IMG/VR virus record: IMGVR_UViG_2740892449_000004
Strand: one strand, 5' to 3'
From: a virus
Taxonomy: Duplodnaviria; Heunggongvirae; Uroviricota; Caudoviricetes
Length of the DNA stretch: 64,000 nucleotides
The notes beneath the pieces are model-generated. The model did not search any database, was not told the DNA's origin, and worked only from the letters and a program-made list of their open reading frames with translations. Numbering within the stretch: position 1 is the stretch's first letter; each line of letters starts with the position of its first letter. Shown here in pieces: positions 53,054 to 64,000 of the stretch. A program made the translations under genes and the position numbers.

Positions 53054-54121
53054 TTGCGTAATATTCTATTATATAAATGGAATAATATGACAAAAATTAC
53101 TAATTCTAATGAGTTGAAGTTACTGTATAAACAGTCAGTGCTCATTCCATCATACAAAGATCACGTAGCGATCTTGCAAAAACAATTAGGAATAGAAAAA
53201 CATTCTTTTCAAAATATGACAAGATTGAATAGACAAGCTGTAATTAGTAACTCTCTTCGAAAACAATTTGCTAGTATACCGAACTTGGCTGGAATAGGCA
53301 GCAAGTATCGTGAACATATCGCGATTTTACAGAAACAGACTCAGGCTCTTTTCCCTCATGATGCAAATAGATATATTCAAATGCTAAGGAAACAGGCCGA
53401 AATAGCTATGCCATTACGAAAACAGCTTGAGGTGCTTAATAAGCAAGCTGGTTTAAATAACATGCAAGCGATACTTAAAGAATTACAACAAAGTGCAAGT
53501 TATAAAATAGATGTAAGCCAAGACATAAAGAAAGTACTAGATCACTATGCTAGAACAAGAAATGCTTCATTACATCAAATAATAGAGCAGGGGATTTCAT
53601 CTATTGCGCAGGCTTATGCTGAAGGTGCTACTGAAACATCACACACCAAAAGTAATGTTCAAAATAAAGGATTAAATAAACCTAGCTCAAAGTTTGTTGA
53701 TTCATTTAAAGAGCTTCCTTATCCACTGCAATGGTTACTAATGGTTATATTTTCTCAAGTTGTGTTTGGTGCTTTTATTGATTACGGAAAAGAGAAAACC
53801 TTGCTGGGAATACACAAGGCAGAATCATATTTTATATCTCTGTTTGAGGATAAACCAATATCAAAACAACAATTAATTAAAGAAAACAAAGAAATTAGTT
53901 GGGAAGATCTCAATGGTTTTCGTTTTATAACTGGTGAGAACGTAAGATTACACGTCAGTCCTTCTATAAATAGTGAGGTGATTGAATGCATTGGCAAAAA
54001 TACTATAGTGGCTGTTTTAGATAAAAAAGATCGCCAATGGCTTTTCGTGCAGGTTAAATCAGGGGACGAGTTTATTACTGGATGGATTACACGAACATAC
54101 ACAAAGCCTCTTAAGGCTTGA
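53054..54121 (+). CDS. Membrane-anchored protein with N-terminal repeats and C-terminal SH3b-like domain, AT-rich cassette gene 3
   Basis: N-terminal repeats (H.AILQKQ... twice), one TM helix (LQWLLMVIFSQVVFGAFIDY), C-terminal SH3b-like fold; likely ATG start at 53087. Confidence 0.55.
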   Translation: MRNILLYKWNNMTKITNSNELKLLYKQSVLIPSYKDHVAILQKQLGIEKHSFQNMTRLNRQAVISNSLRKQFASIPNLAGIGSKYREHIAILQKQTQALFPHDANRYIQMLRKQAEIAMPLRKQLEVLNKQAGLNNMQAILKELQQSASYKIDVSQDIKKVLDHYARTRNASLHQIIEQGISSIAQAYAEGATETSHTKSNVQNKGLNKPSSKFVDSFKELPYPLQWLLMVIFSQVVFGAFIDYGKEKTLLGIHKAESYFISLFEDKPISKQQLIKENKEISWEDLNGFRFITGENVRLHVSPSINSEVIECIGKNTIVAVLDKKDRQWLFVQVKSGDEFITGWITRTYTKPLKA

Positions 54122-54222
54122 ATTTTATCACCGTATCTTGGGGCTGGGTGTTGATGATGATGTGCTACTTGAAGTACTTGGGTTTTTTAACGCAGCATCT
54201 GAAATGTGTAGACTGACCGGTA

Positions 54223-54243
54223 ACAAATGACAACTCGTATAAT
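54223..54243 (+). promoter_or_regulatory. Putative late promoter
   Basis: ACAAATGAC-N6-TATAAT with no -35, 32 nt upstream of ATG at 54275. Confidence 0.5.
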
Positions 54244-54250
54244 CGGGTAA

Positions 54251-54841
<591 letters not shown>

Positions 54842-54851
54842 GGGGGCTGAT

Positions 54852-55463
54852 ATGGGGCTTAATGTTGCTTCAGTAAAGTCTTATGTATCTTCGGCATTAA
54901 CGACGACATTATTTGGCTCCGGCGTTGGTGAGCGGGAAGTTGGCAAGCTGACGTCAATCATCATGAACAAAATGCTGTTCGCGCAAGGATGGCAGTTCTC
55001 TGTCGAAGTTGATGGTCTGGAGGGGGCAGACTTCTTTGCTAAAGACATTACCTACCACGATTACAGCATCGAATATGAAACGATTAAAATCGGCGGAGGG
55101 AATATCCTTCAGCCAACGGAGCGTTCGCCTGGGCAGATAACAATGATGGTCAGGGATACCGTTGATGGCCTCGTTTTGGACTGGTTTAAGACGGCAAAAA
55201 GTCGAGTGATCAATCCGGACGGTACCGGGAATATACCGTCTAAATATTTGCTCAATGTGCGTATTTATCGGTTGCTGTCCTCCGGTTTAACCAAACTGGA
55301 AAATGAGATGACGGTATTCCCGGTCACTACCGGCGATGTCACCTATGCGCGGGATCAGGTTACGGAATTTAAGTCATTCCCAATGACCTTCGCATTGCAC
55401 AGCACGTTTAACCAATCCTCAAGTTCTTTAGCTTCCCTTCTGGGCTTTAGTTTTTCGCTTTAA
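54852..55463 (+). CDS. Hypothetical tail-module protein
   Basis: 203-aa ORF. Confidence 0.55.
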   Translation: MGLNVASVKSYVSSALTTTLFGSGVGEREVGKLTSIIMNKMLFAQGWQFSVEVDGLEGADFFAKDITYHDYSIEYETIKIGGGNILQPTERSPGQITMMVRDTVDGLVLDWFKTAKSRVINPDGTGNIPSKYLLNVRIYRLLSSGLTKLENEMTVFPVTTGDVTYARDQVTEFKSFPMTFALHSTFNQSSSSLASLLGFSFSL

Positions 55464-55477
55464 ATTAAGGAGCAAGG

Positions 55478-56359
55478 ATGCTTTTACCCCTTTTCCCGCT
55501 ACCATCGCGGCCAACTGAATTAATCCAGTTCCGTCAGCCAAATATTGCTGATGCGATGCGTTTCAACTCGATAACACCGGAGGAACAAGAACAGCAGACA
55601 ACAGCGTATTTAAAAGCCTTGCTGGCTGAAGCTGCGAAACATGATCCACTGAAATGGACGGCACAGGACCGGATTACCGCGTTATGGTGGATATTTACTG
55701 GCTCCCGCGAAACACCGATCGAGACATTTACCTACACCTGTAAACATTGCGGTAAAGAGCATTATTACGATTGCGATATGAATGCTCTGGCTGAAGATAT
55801 CCAGGTCCTGGAAGTGGAACCGTTCATTGACGATATTGAGGTGTCTGTAGAGGGCGTGCCTTATCAATGGCGTATCGTGCCGCTTGATGGTTGGGCAATG
55901 GAAATGCTGGAGATGCGCCGAACAGCATTGCCACCTGAAGACGACGCGGAATTCAAAGAAGCGATCGTTGATTTGCGTTTTTGGGAATTCGCTTATCAGT
56001 GTGAACTTTATAACGATGTTAGCGGTACTCGTGAAGAGCAGGCTGAGCGTCGTTATGAAACGATCAAACGGATGGCCATTGATACTGAATTTATGAAGCT
56101 GGCGGCACACATCCGGCTGGCTCATGAAAAGCTCGAACATGGTTTACCGTGCTACATCGATAAAGGCGAAATGCGTCTTCGTCTCCCGCCGCACAAATGC
56201 CCAAACCAGGATACAAAGGAGTCCACAGAGGGTGCGTATACCCGTCTGTGGGTGCCCTTTCGGGCTACCGACTTCATTCCACAGGTGGGGATTGAAAAGC
56301 TATCAGACCTTAGTGTCCAACCTGGTTTTGTATGGGGGTATACCGATTCAGGACGCTGA
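55478..56359 (+). CDS. Hypothetical tail-module protein with CxxC pair
   Basis: 293-aa ORF; CKHCGKEHYYDCD. Confidence 0.55.
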   Translation: MLLPLFPLPSRPTELIQFRQPNIADAMRFNSITPEEQEQQTTAYLKALLAEAAKHDPLKWTAQDRITALWWIFTGSRETPIETFTYTCKHCGKEHYYDCDMNALAEDIQVLEVEPFIDDIEVSVEGVPYQWRIVPLDGWAMEMLEMRRTALPPEDDAEFKEAIVDLRFWEFAYQCELYNDVSGTREEQAERRYETIKRMAIDTEFMKLAAHIRLAHEKLEHGLPCYIDKGEMRLRLPPHKCPNQDTKESTEGAYTRLWVPFRATDFIPQVGIEKLSDLSVQPGFVWGYTDSGR

Positions 56360-56440
56360 AAGGCTTACTGAATCCTATGCGTTTTTCCTGTTGGAGAAAC
56401 TGGAAGAAAAACTTAAACCGAAACGGTAGGCGATAAGATC

Positions 56441-59400
56441 ATGGAAAGAAAAAACGCCAATATTGACGATGTTATAAGGACAGTTGAAACCGCCAGCGCG
56501 AAAGAGCTGGAAGAGCTTGCAGGTATTCGGGAAGCTGTTGAAGATTTGAAAGGGGAACGAGTTGCAACTGTTGATCCTGTCTCTCGCAGTGTGTCGGCAT
56601 TAAATCGCACAATCGAAAATTCACGTCCTGACTTTGTGACCAATGTGCCATCAGTGGACTCTATTGTTGACGCAATGAAACGGCTTAATTTAGGGGACGT
56701 TTCTCGTATACGGGAGGACAAAGTCACTAACCGTGAACAGCAGGCTGCACCAACAGCGCACAATCCCCCAAATAGACGAAGAGAGGCAATAACAGAGGAT
56801 GTTAAAGCACAGCGGTTAGAAACGGTCAAACTCGCTCGTGATTTGAAAGGGGAACGCGTTGCAACGGTTGACCCAGTATCTCGCAGTGTGTCGGCATTAA
56901 ATCGAACAATCGAAAATTCCCGGCCAGACTTTGTGGCCAATGCGCCATCAGTAGACCCTATTGTTGACGCAATGAAACGGCTTAATTTAGGGGACGTTTC
57001 TCGTGTAGTTCAGGAGGGCATTGCTCAACAGGAACAGCAGGCCAAATCAACTACACCAAAGGGTAAAAAAAGACGCAGGAAGGCTATACCAGAGGATATA
57101 AAGGCACAACGGACCGAAGCAGCCGAACACGCTCGCGAAATGTTCGATCAAAAAGGCGGCGCGCAAAAAAGCCAAAACCAACGCGATGCGCGTGGTCGTT
57201 TTATTGGAAAGTCAGGGAGTAAGGCCGCAGCGGAAGATGCCCGTGCTGAACGTGCTGAAAAGGCCAGGCGCAAAGAGGATGATGAGCGTCTAAATGCTGA
57301 ATCAGGTTTATTAAAAAAAATGTCAAAAGTAGCTGAAGGCATAGGTAACCCTTCAGAGACTCGTGCCGTCGATGCGTTAGGTTATGCCGTTGCTGGTCCA
57401 TTGTGGGCAGCAGGGAAGGAGCTTGGCGGGATATCAAAAGAAGTTGGTGGATCGCTTAATGGTGCCAGAAAGTCTATTGCCGATGTGATTCGTGGCAATG
57501 ACGATAACAGCCGTAGAAAAGGTTTTTTTAGGCGTAAATCGCAAAATAGTGCCGATGTCGTTCAGGTTAACACCCAAAAACGGACGGTTCAGGAACTTCA
57601 GGAGCAGACCAGCGAAATTAAAGAGGGCAATGACAAGATTCTCCGCGCCCTTGATCAGATAGCCAAAAACACCGGTAAAAAGAAGGGCGGCTTGCTGTCC
57701 AAACTATTTAGCCTGTTAGGGAAGGGGGCCGGTGGCGTCGCGTCGTTGTTAATGGGGCGTGGCATGCTGAAAAAAGCTGGAGCACTCGCTTTTGGCGCTC
57801 TGGGGGCAAAGAAACTTGTAGGAATGCTACGCGGTGGTGGCAAGAAGACTCTCGCTCATGAAGGCGGAGATTTGGCTGCCCGGGCAGCAGGTAAACTTGG
57901 ATTAAAGGCAGTTGGTAAAGGGGCGTTACGCGCAATTCCCCTAGTCGGCACAGTGGCTGGAGGTATTTATGATGCGGTAACCGGTTGGAATGATACAGAA
58001 GCGCAACGTCGAGCGTTTGGGCTTAAATCAGGACAAGATCCATCATTCCAGCAAAAAGCCGCTTATACGTTAGCCAATGTTCTTGATTTGGGGGGACTGG
58101 TATCTGGTATTAGCAGTGCTATTGGTGATGTTCTCAAATCACTTGGATTTGAGGATATCGGCAATATGTTGCAATCATTTTCGACGGAAAGTATTGCCCA
58201 GGCCATTGATAGCGGGGTTACCAACTTAGAAACATATATTTCTAACCTTGGCGACACCATTTCTACCAAGTTCGATGATTACACAGCAAAGATTGGTGAT
58301 GCTGTTTCAGCATGGTTTAGCGATACATCTAATAAGTTGCTTGAAAAGCTGGATGCCATAAAAGACTTCTTTACTGTCGATAACCTGAAACAGGTTTTCA
58401 GTGATGCAATTGATAGTGCAATTGACTTCATTAAGAACCCAGGGAAACACATTAAAGAGGCGGCTGGTAATATTTTGGATGGGGTTAAAAATTTACCCGG
58501 TAAAGCATTAGATGCAGCGGTTGATGCCGTTAAAAATACCCCTGCGGCAATGATTGTATCAAAAATACCCAATCCGATCGGCGAGGCTAATGCAAAAGAA
58601 ATCACTCCAGAGTTAAAAGCTCCGGTTAATAGCCACCAGGAGACATCTGATTCTAAAACTGAATCCGATGCTAAACAGACTAATATTGCTACCCGCGTGA
58701 TAAATGCGGCACTGGACACGGCGAAAGATAGCAATAAAACAGTTAAAGAAACTGCCAATCAGATTATCAATGCAAATGCCGTAGAAACGGGCAATAGCGC
58801 GGTGCGGAAAATTGATTCAGCTATTGGACAAAATAGCTCGTCATCATCGTCGCGTAATACCACCGGCACTGGGAATGACATTCAGAAAGCTGCTGATACC
58901 TACAATAATGGCAACTTAGATGTAAAAGTCGGAAGCTTGGCGCTGAAGGTAAGGCAAATCTCGATAAGTTAGCTCCGTATTTTGCTGAACTAGAGAATAA
59001 ATATGGTCTTCCTGAAGGCACTCTTTACGCGATTGCTGCAACTGAATCAGGAGGGGATCCTAACGCAAAGTCTCCGCTTACAAGATCACCAGATGGAAAG
59101 TTAAGTGGTGGCGCACTCGGGATGTTCCAGTTCACGAGTATTGCTCGTAAAGAGACAGGGATATCGGAACCGGATGCATTTGATCCTGTGAAATCGGCAG
59201 AAGCTGCGGCTCTTCTCATGAGCAAGTATCTGAAGCAAGCCAATGGAGACTTAAACGAGGCCATCACTGCATATAACGCTGGGTTTGGCACTATTAATAG
59301 GTGGAAAAAAGGCACAGGTGACTTATCGAAAGAAAACCGTGAGTACGCGATCAAGGTCAATACTCATCGTGCGCGCTATTTAGGTGGTGAAATCTATACA

Positions 59401-60159
59401 CCAGGGGCAGGAGCACAGGGGGGGGCGCAATATGGAGTGAGGGGACCACTGCCTGATAACGCCGTTATCGATCAGTCTACTGGCCTGGCGTTTACCCCTG
59501 GTGATAGCCCGTTTGAGAAGGGCGGTCTGGTAGACAAAATCGGTAATGCTGTTGGCGTTAACGATCTGGTCAACAAATTCATGAATGGTCGGGGGATGCG
59601 TCGAGAAGTCGTCCAGGGAACCCTCGAAGAACGTGCACGAGGAAATGGGACCGCAACAGCAGCTGGCAATGTGTATGTTGATACTCCGATGCCAGTTGAA
59701 GAGGCGCGTCCGGTGGCCAGCAACTCAAGTTACTTTGACCAGCTCGGTGCACAAATGGGGATTGATGGACTGTATGACAAACTCATTAATGCCCGGGGAA
59801 TGCGCTCAAATAATTCTCCTCAACCAGCCTCCACGTTCCAGGTGACGACTGCCGCCAACGATTTGCAGCAACCAACCGGTCGTATGCAGATAGACGGACA
59901 GGTTATTAGTGACCTTGGCGGCTCCGGTGCCAAGCCGACAATGCAGTTGGCTGATAATACCGTTTCACTTGATGGTGAAACGAAGCGGCTGTTTGCGCAG
60001 ATGACCTCATTGCTTGCCAGGATTGAAGAGCACACTAAAGACTCGGCGAAAGGCCAGGGAACTGTCGTAAAGGTCAGCACGCCTCAACCGGGCGTTATGC
60101 GCACGGTGCCACTGTCAATTGATGATCCGTTGATGAATGACTACGCGAGAGTTGATTGA
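56441..60159 (+). CDS. sit: Sit-like tail protein: tape-measure-type region plus C-terminal lytic transglycosylase domain (frameshifted near 58946-58952)
   Basis: 843-aa ORF with internal repeats and Gly-rich region; SLT domain (AIAATESGGDPNAKSP...GMFQF) sits in the -1 frame, open from 58909 through 60159; one G missing at CTGAAGGTAAGG. Confidence 0.7.
56540..57010. repeat. Two roughly 160-bp direct repeats (about 90 percent identical by eye) inside sit
   Basis: 56551-56712 and 56845-57006 encode LKGERVATVDPVSRSVSALNRTIENSRPDFV.N.PSVD.IVDAMKRLNLGDVSR. Confidence 0.6.
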
Positions 60160-60515
60160 TGGCCAACAATAACGAAATTGATCCTTTGCTGACGCTGGAG
60201 TTATCCGGCGTAAAAACGTATGAGTCCCAGGAGGAGGCCTGGGGCGCTCGTTTATATGAGTGGCTAAACACTTATCAGGGTGAGGTATACGGAGATCCGT
60301 CATGGGGCAATGTTTTACCGCAGTTTAAACACGAACCGACCAACTTGTCGCATGTTCAAATTGCGGTTGAGGCAATGCTGTTGCAAAAACTGACGGTAGA
60401 TTTACCTGACATACCGATTTCTGGCTTGTCAGTAGCCGAGGGAGATGCTTTTGATAAGTTGAAAATATCCATTCGTATCAGGGATATAACTATCACACAG
60501 GACGTGGTGCTATGA
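60156..60515 (+). CDS. Baseplate wedge-like small protein (gp25/W-like candidate)
   Basis: 119-aa ORF, 4-nt overlap with sit stop and with next gene. Confidence 0.45.
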   Translation: MMANNNEIDPLLTLELSGVKTYESQEEAWGARLYEWLNTYQGEVYGDPSWGNVLPQFKHEPTNLSHVQIAVEAMLLQKLTVDLPDIPISGLSVAEGDAFDKLKISIRIRDITITQDVVL

Positions 60516-61944
60516 GTAAAACAACACCGACTAAAGACAGTATTCGTGCAGAGTTTGAAGAGCTTGTCGAGAAAGATTCATTCTGGTCGAAGTTTGTCGG
60601 CTCTCAATTTGTCTCGATGCTGACATTGTTTATTACCCAGATTGTCTACAGGTGCTTTCAGTATGCCGATGCGGCGCTGGCTGAAGGCTTTATATCGACC
60701 GCGACGCGGCGTTCCTCTATCCTGGCAGCGGCAGAAACGAATAGTTACGTTGGTACCAAGCCAACACCGTCATCGGGGATGATTGAGATCACCGCCACAA
60801 GTGAAGATGCCCCAGCGGTAATCCCCAAAAATATGCCTTTAATATCTGACGACCAGTACCCTTACATGACTATGGATGTATGCAGGTTGGTTGACGGCAC
60901 CGGTACGGTAGAAGTGGCACAGTTGGAAATCCAGGAGGTGACATATACCGTTACGGCAGCCAAAGAATTTCTGGAAGTCGTGTTATCAAAGGCTCTCACT
61001 GCTGTCTGCTATAAGCTGGAAGTATTCGTGACGACCGATGGTAAGACCACGCAGTGGTCTTCCAGCACTATGTTCCGGTTAGCCGGTAGTAAAAGCCAGG
61101 TCTACGTTGAGTTTTATAAGCCATCCGAGCAGTTGGGGGTTCGATTCGGTGATGGGCTAATTGGGCAAATACCGCCAGAAGGCTCGACCATTACACTTAA
61201 GGTATGGTGCACCAACGGAGATATAACCCTGGTTGCTGGCCAAAACCTGACGCCTGTCGATTCTGCGGCTAATTTAGCTAATTTGATTTCAGTTAAGACA
61301 ACGACACCCATAACCGCAGGTACCGATGCCGAAACAACGGAGATCACACGTAATCGTGCACAATATTACCTTGCCTATGATGATCAGGTCGTATGGGGCG
61401 GGGACTATACGTATTTTTTGGTGCGTAACATCCGGGACTGTCCTGGGTAAAGGCATGGGGCGAAGGCCAGCAAGAGAAATTAGATGGTGCTTATAATGTT
61501 CGGAATATCAATAAGATATTTATTTCAGGATGGCATCCAAACAAAAGCCAGTCAGAGCTTGAAGAAGTGATCCTGGCTGCCTTTAAGAAGGTGCCGAATG
61601 AGTTGAACAAGAAATTCTCGTATAAAGAGGTCAGAAAACTCCCCTTTAAGATCACTATCACTGGGCGGATATCGGCAAGCCTGACCATTGAGAACGTGAC
61701 TGATGAGCTGAAGTCGGCACTGGAAACAAAATTTGGGCGTGACTCAACTTTCTTTGATCCGAACCGTGTTGGCAAGTACATCCTAATCAAGAAAAAAGAC
61801 GTTTGGGCATTTATCGAAACGCTGGGTTATTTCCGCGACTTTTATCTGGAATTTGTCGAGTGGAATGAGTCCAACGGCTTTTACGATTTCGTTTATCTGG
61901 ATACAGAAAACTCCACCTTTAATATTTCGTATGAGGAGGAGTGA
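60512..61944 (+). CDS. Baseplate J-like protein (frameshifted near 61430-61440)
   Basis: 312-aa ORF; the -1 frame is open from 61429 and runs into the 125-aa ORF 61567..61944; joins if one G is restored at ATCCGGGACTG. Confidence 0.5.
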
Positions 61945-62780
61945 TGCAGCGTTCCTGGTTTAATAACCGGCTTACATCAGCTAAGCAAAAGTCATTACTT
62001 TATAAATCATTGGCTGATTTGGTTCAGTCAATGATGGACACCTTTGTTGACCCATGGTTGGAGCGAATTACCAACCGGAAGTCTATTTTCTCCATGAGCA
62101 AGGAGGATCTGGAGACTAGAACAAATGAACTTGGCCAGTTTTTTACTATCAGAACGTCGAATTCATCTTCCGTTCCGATGTTGTTACAACAGCGGTTTGA
62201 TGAGATCCATTTTAAGGGTACTGAACGCCCTATAAACCAGACAATTTATCGCGAATTTAACGGTATATCGGTTTTATGGGATCCAATATATGCTCCGGTG
62301 GACTTTGAACGTCATCCCTATGGCACGGTCCTGATTCCAGAAAGCACACTGGAAACCACCGGCGGCACATTCGGCGAGATGTTTCTGACTTCCAGAGGAA
62401 TGATCAGTATTCCCATAAACGACCTGGCCCGGACAATGGGTATTACTGGAACGATAGATCAGTCCGCAATTACAGAAGAAATTCTCAGAAAGTTTAATCA
62501 GTTCGTAAAGCCTCTACTGCCACTGCATATAGTGTTTGATGGGCTTACGCTCTATTTGTCGGTTGTTGTAAATGAACAGGCCGACATGATCACTTTGAAT
62601 GAGATTTCTGATACCGAAAAAGCATTCTGCTGGTTTGAAACTTCGGATACAACTTCGCTTACTGAAGTTACGTCGATTAACGCCCCGATCACTGCAACGC
62701 CGGGCGGCACTATTGTGAAAGCAACGCCTACGTTTGATCGCACCCGCGCAGATGATTTGCTGTTGGATAGCGATGCGTGA
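61941..62780 (+). CDS. Putative baseplate/tail-fibre-associated protein
   Basis: 279-aa ORF, 4-nt overlap with upstream gene; GC-rich hairpin follows. Confidence 0.5.
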   Translation: MMQRSWFNNRLTSAKQKSLLYKSLADLVQSMMDTFVDPWLERITNRKSIFSMSKEDLETRTNELGQFFTIRTSNSSSVPMLLQQRFDEIHFKGTERPINQTIYREFNGISVLWDPIYAPVDFERHPYGTVLIPESTLETTGGTFGEMFLTSRGMISIPINDLARTMGITGTIDQSAITEEILRKFNQFVKPLLPLHIVFDGLTLYLSVVVNEQADMITLNEISDTEKAFCWFETSDTTSLTEVTSINAPITATPGGTIVKATPTFDRTRADDLLLDSDA

Positions 62781-62807
62781 CAATCACCCCGTCCGCAGGG
62801 CGGGGTG

Positions 62808-62828
62808 ACAAGTTACTTATCTTACAAT
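62808..62828 (+). promoter_or_regulatory. Putative late promoter
   Basis: ACAAGTTAC-N6-TACAAT, 31 nt upstream of ATG at 62859. Confidence 0.45.
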
Positions 62829-62858
62829 GAGGCTTCACAACATTGATTAGGGAAAATC

Positions 62859-63293
62859 ATGTCTGACGTCTCAACAAACCTCTATAAGAGTCAGTTGTTG
62901 GACTATTACTATCAGCGGCGCGCTGAATCGTCCATTAACAAAGGCTCTCGATTTTTAATCAGCAAGGCCGTTTTCGGTACCAGTTCACTGGTTACTAAGA
63001 AAGGAGATGGCACTTATGAGATTGGAGAACTGCCAAAGGCTTTCGATCTGGCAGAACTGACCAGTCAATTTTGCACCATCAACCTCGTCCCAACCTACTC
63101 AGGCGGGATAATTACTGTCCGAATGGACCTTGATCAAAGTCAGTTGCAGGAAGGGAAAAACTACCCATTCAACACTCTGGTTGTTCTGGATAACGAGAAT
63201 AAGCCAATCGCCATTATTTGTGTCCAGGAAGACTCGCTGTATGTGGGCAAAACATATACCGCAGTTATGGCCATAAACTCGACTACAGCATAA
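62859..63293 (+). CDS. Hypothetical tail protein upstream of tail fibre gene
   Basis: 144-aa ORF. Confidence 0.5.
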   Translation: MSDVSTNLYKSQLLDYYYQRRAESSINKGSRFLISKAVFGTSSLVTKKGDGTYEIGELPKAFDLAELTSQFCTINLVPTYSGGIITVRMDLDQSQLQEGKNYPFNTLVVLDNENKPIAIICVQEDSLYVGKTYTAVMAINSTTA

Positions 63294-63304
63294 GGATATG
63301 CTTG

Positions 63305-64000
63305 ATGAATGACGTTACAGTTGTTACATCGGTTACTTACCCATCACCCGAGTCGTTGGCTCTGGTGGCTGATGTGCAATACCACGAACCATATCTGTCA
63401 GCCGCTCTAAACCGAAAATTCAGGGGAATTGTTGACCCGGGATTTTATGCTGGTTTCTTGCCTAAGCCTGGCGGTGGGATGAACCTGTTAATCACCTCAG
63501 TGGATGGAGATAAAACCGCTGGCGCGGCGTCAGTGGATATTGGTGAATTCTACCAGGTAACTATTCAGCATCGTAAGGATATCTCTCTTGCACTTAACGC
63601 AGGCAAGAAATATGCAATTGTGCTGAAGGGAAGATACCTTCTTGGAGAAGATACCTATCAGGTGAATACCGCGTCACATATTCATGCAGCTGAATTTGTT
63701 GCCAGAACCTATACCGATTCATATCAGTTAGGTGATGGGGAACTGCTGGTTTGTACGGTGAATATCCCTGCTGGCGTATCTACCATTACTCAAGAGATGA
63801 TTGATACATCCGAGCGTATCAACCGCACGATCGGCATTGATATTTCAGACTCTGTAACCAGTACCAGAAGTGATGTTGCTGCGAGTTCGCTGGCAGTTAA
63901 AAAAGCCTACGATCTGGCGAAAAGCAAGTATACGGCGCAGGATGCAAGCACAACGCAAAAGGGATTAGTTCAGCTCAGTAGTGCCACTAACAGTACGTCC
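63305..64000 (+). CDS. Tail fibre protein, N-terminal part (runs off window end)
   Basis: ORF from ATG 63305 behind AAGGA, open to window end; contains conserved tail-fibre motif KGLVQLSSATNSTS as in P2 H / Mu S / P1 S. Confidence 0.6.
   Translation, partial: MNDVTVVTSVTYPSPESLALVADVQYHEPYLSAALNRKFRGIVDPGFYAGFLPKPGGGMNLLITSVDGDKTAGAASVDIGEFYQVTIQHRKDISLALNAGKKYAIVLKGRYLLGEDTYQVNTASHIHAAEFVARTYTDSYQLGDGELLVCTVNIPAGVSTITQEMIDTSERINRTIGIDISDSVTSTRSDVAASSLAVKKAYDLAKSKYTAQDASTTQKGLVQLSSATNSTS

Noticed and set aside
56413-56940. 175-aa minus-strand ORF inside sit
   Set aside because: Antisense reading of the duplicated region; low-complexity Ser/Thr/Arg sequence.
61567-61944. 125-aa ORF as an independent gene
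   Set aside because: Its frame is open upstream to 61429 without a start codon and continues the baseplate J-like gene after a one-base frame break.

Overview
This 64-kb window reads as one contiguous segment of a P1-like temperate phage-plasmid, identified from the sequence and from recall of the P1 family; no database search was run. Left to right: immC (coi, c1), convergent packaging genes pacB/pacA with a GATC-hexamer pac site, lpa, the phd-doc addiction module, humD behind a LexA box, hot, a long leftward block of small accessory genes (7.4-21 kb), a rightward baseplate/spike block (21.2-25.9 kb), dbn and ban (DnaB-like helicase), tRNA-Ile, plp/upl, a structured repeat array, tRNA-Thr and tRNA-Asn, dmt (fused C5/N6 methyltransferase), hrdC/uhr, a PAAR-like gene, an overlapping spanin-like pair, the R replicon (incC iterons, repA, incA iterons) with parA-parB-parS, head/sheath/tube-like genes, immI (c4 region, icd, ant, kilA, repL), an AT-rich three-gene cassette, then tail genes including sit, baseplate genes and the start of a tail-fibre gene. 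A 17-bp C1-operator motif recurs at a dozen or more sites, and a second conserved motif marks five putative late promoters. At least ten conserved genes are interrupted by what look like single-base deletions in short homopolymer runs; this is more likely a sequence-quality problem than biology. The best candidates for something undescribed are the AT-rich membrane/periplasm cassette beside immI, the structured repeat array in the tRNA region, and a 28-codon hydrophobic peptide gene with a convergent terminator. Product names for structural genes are tentative.
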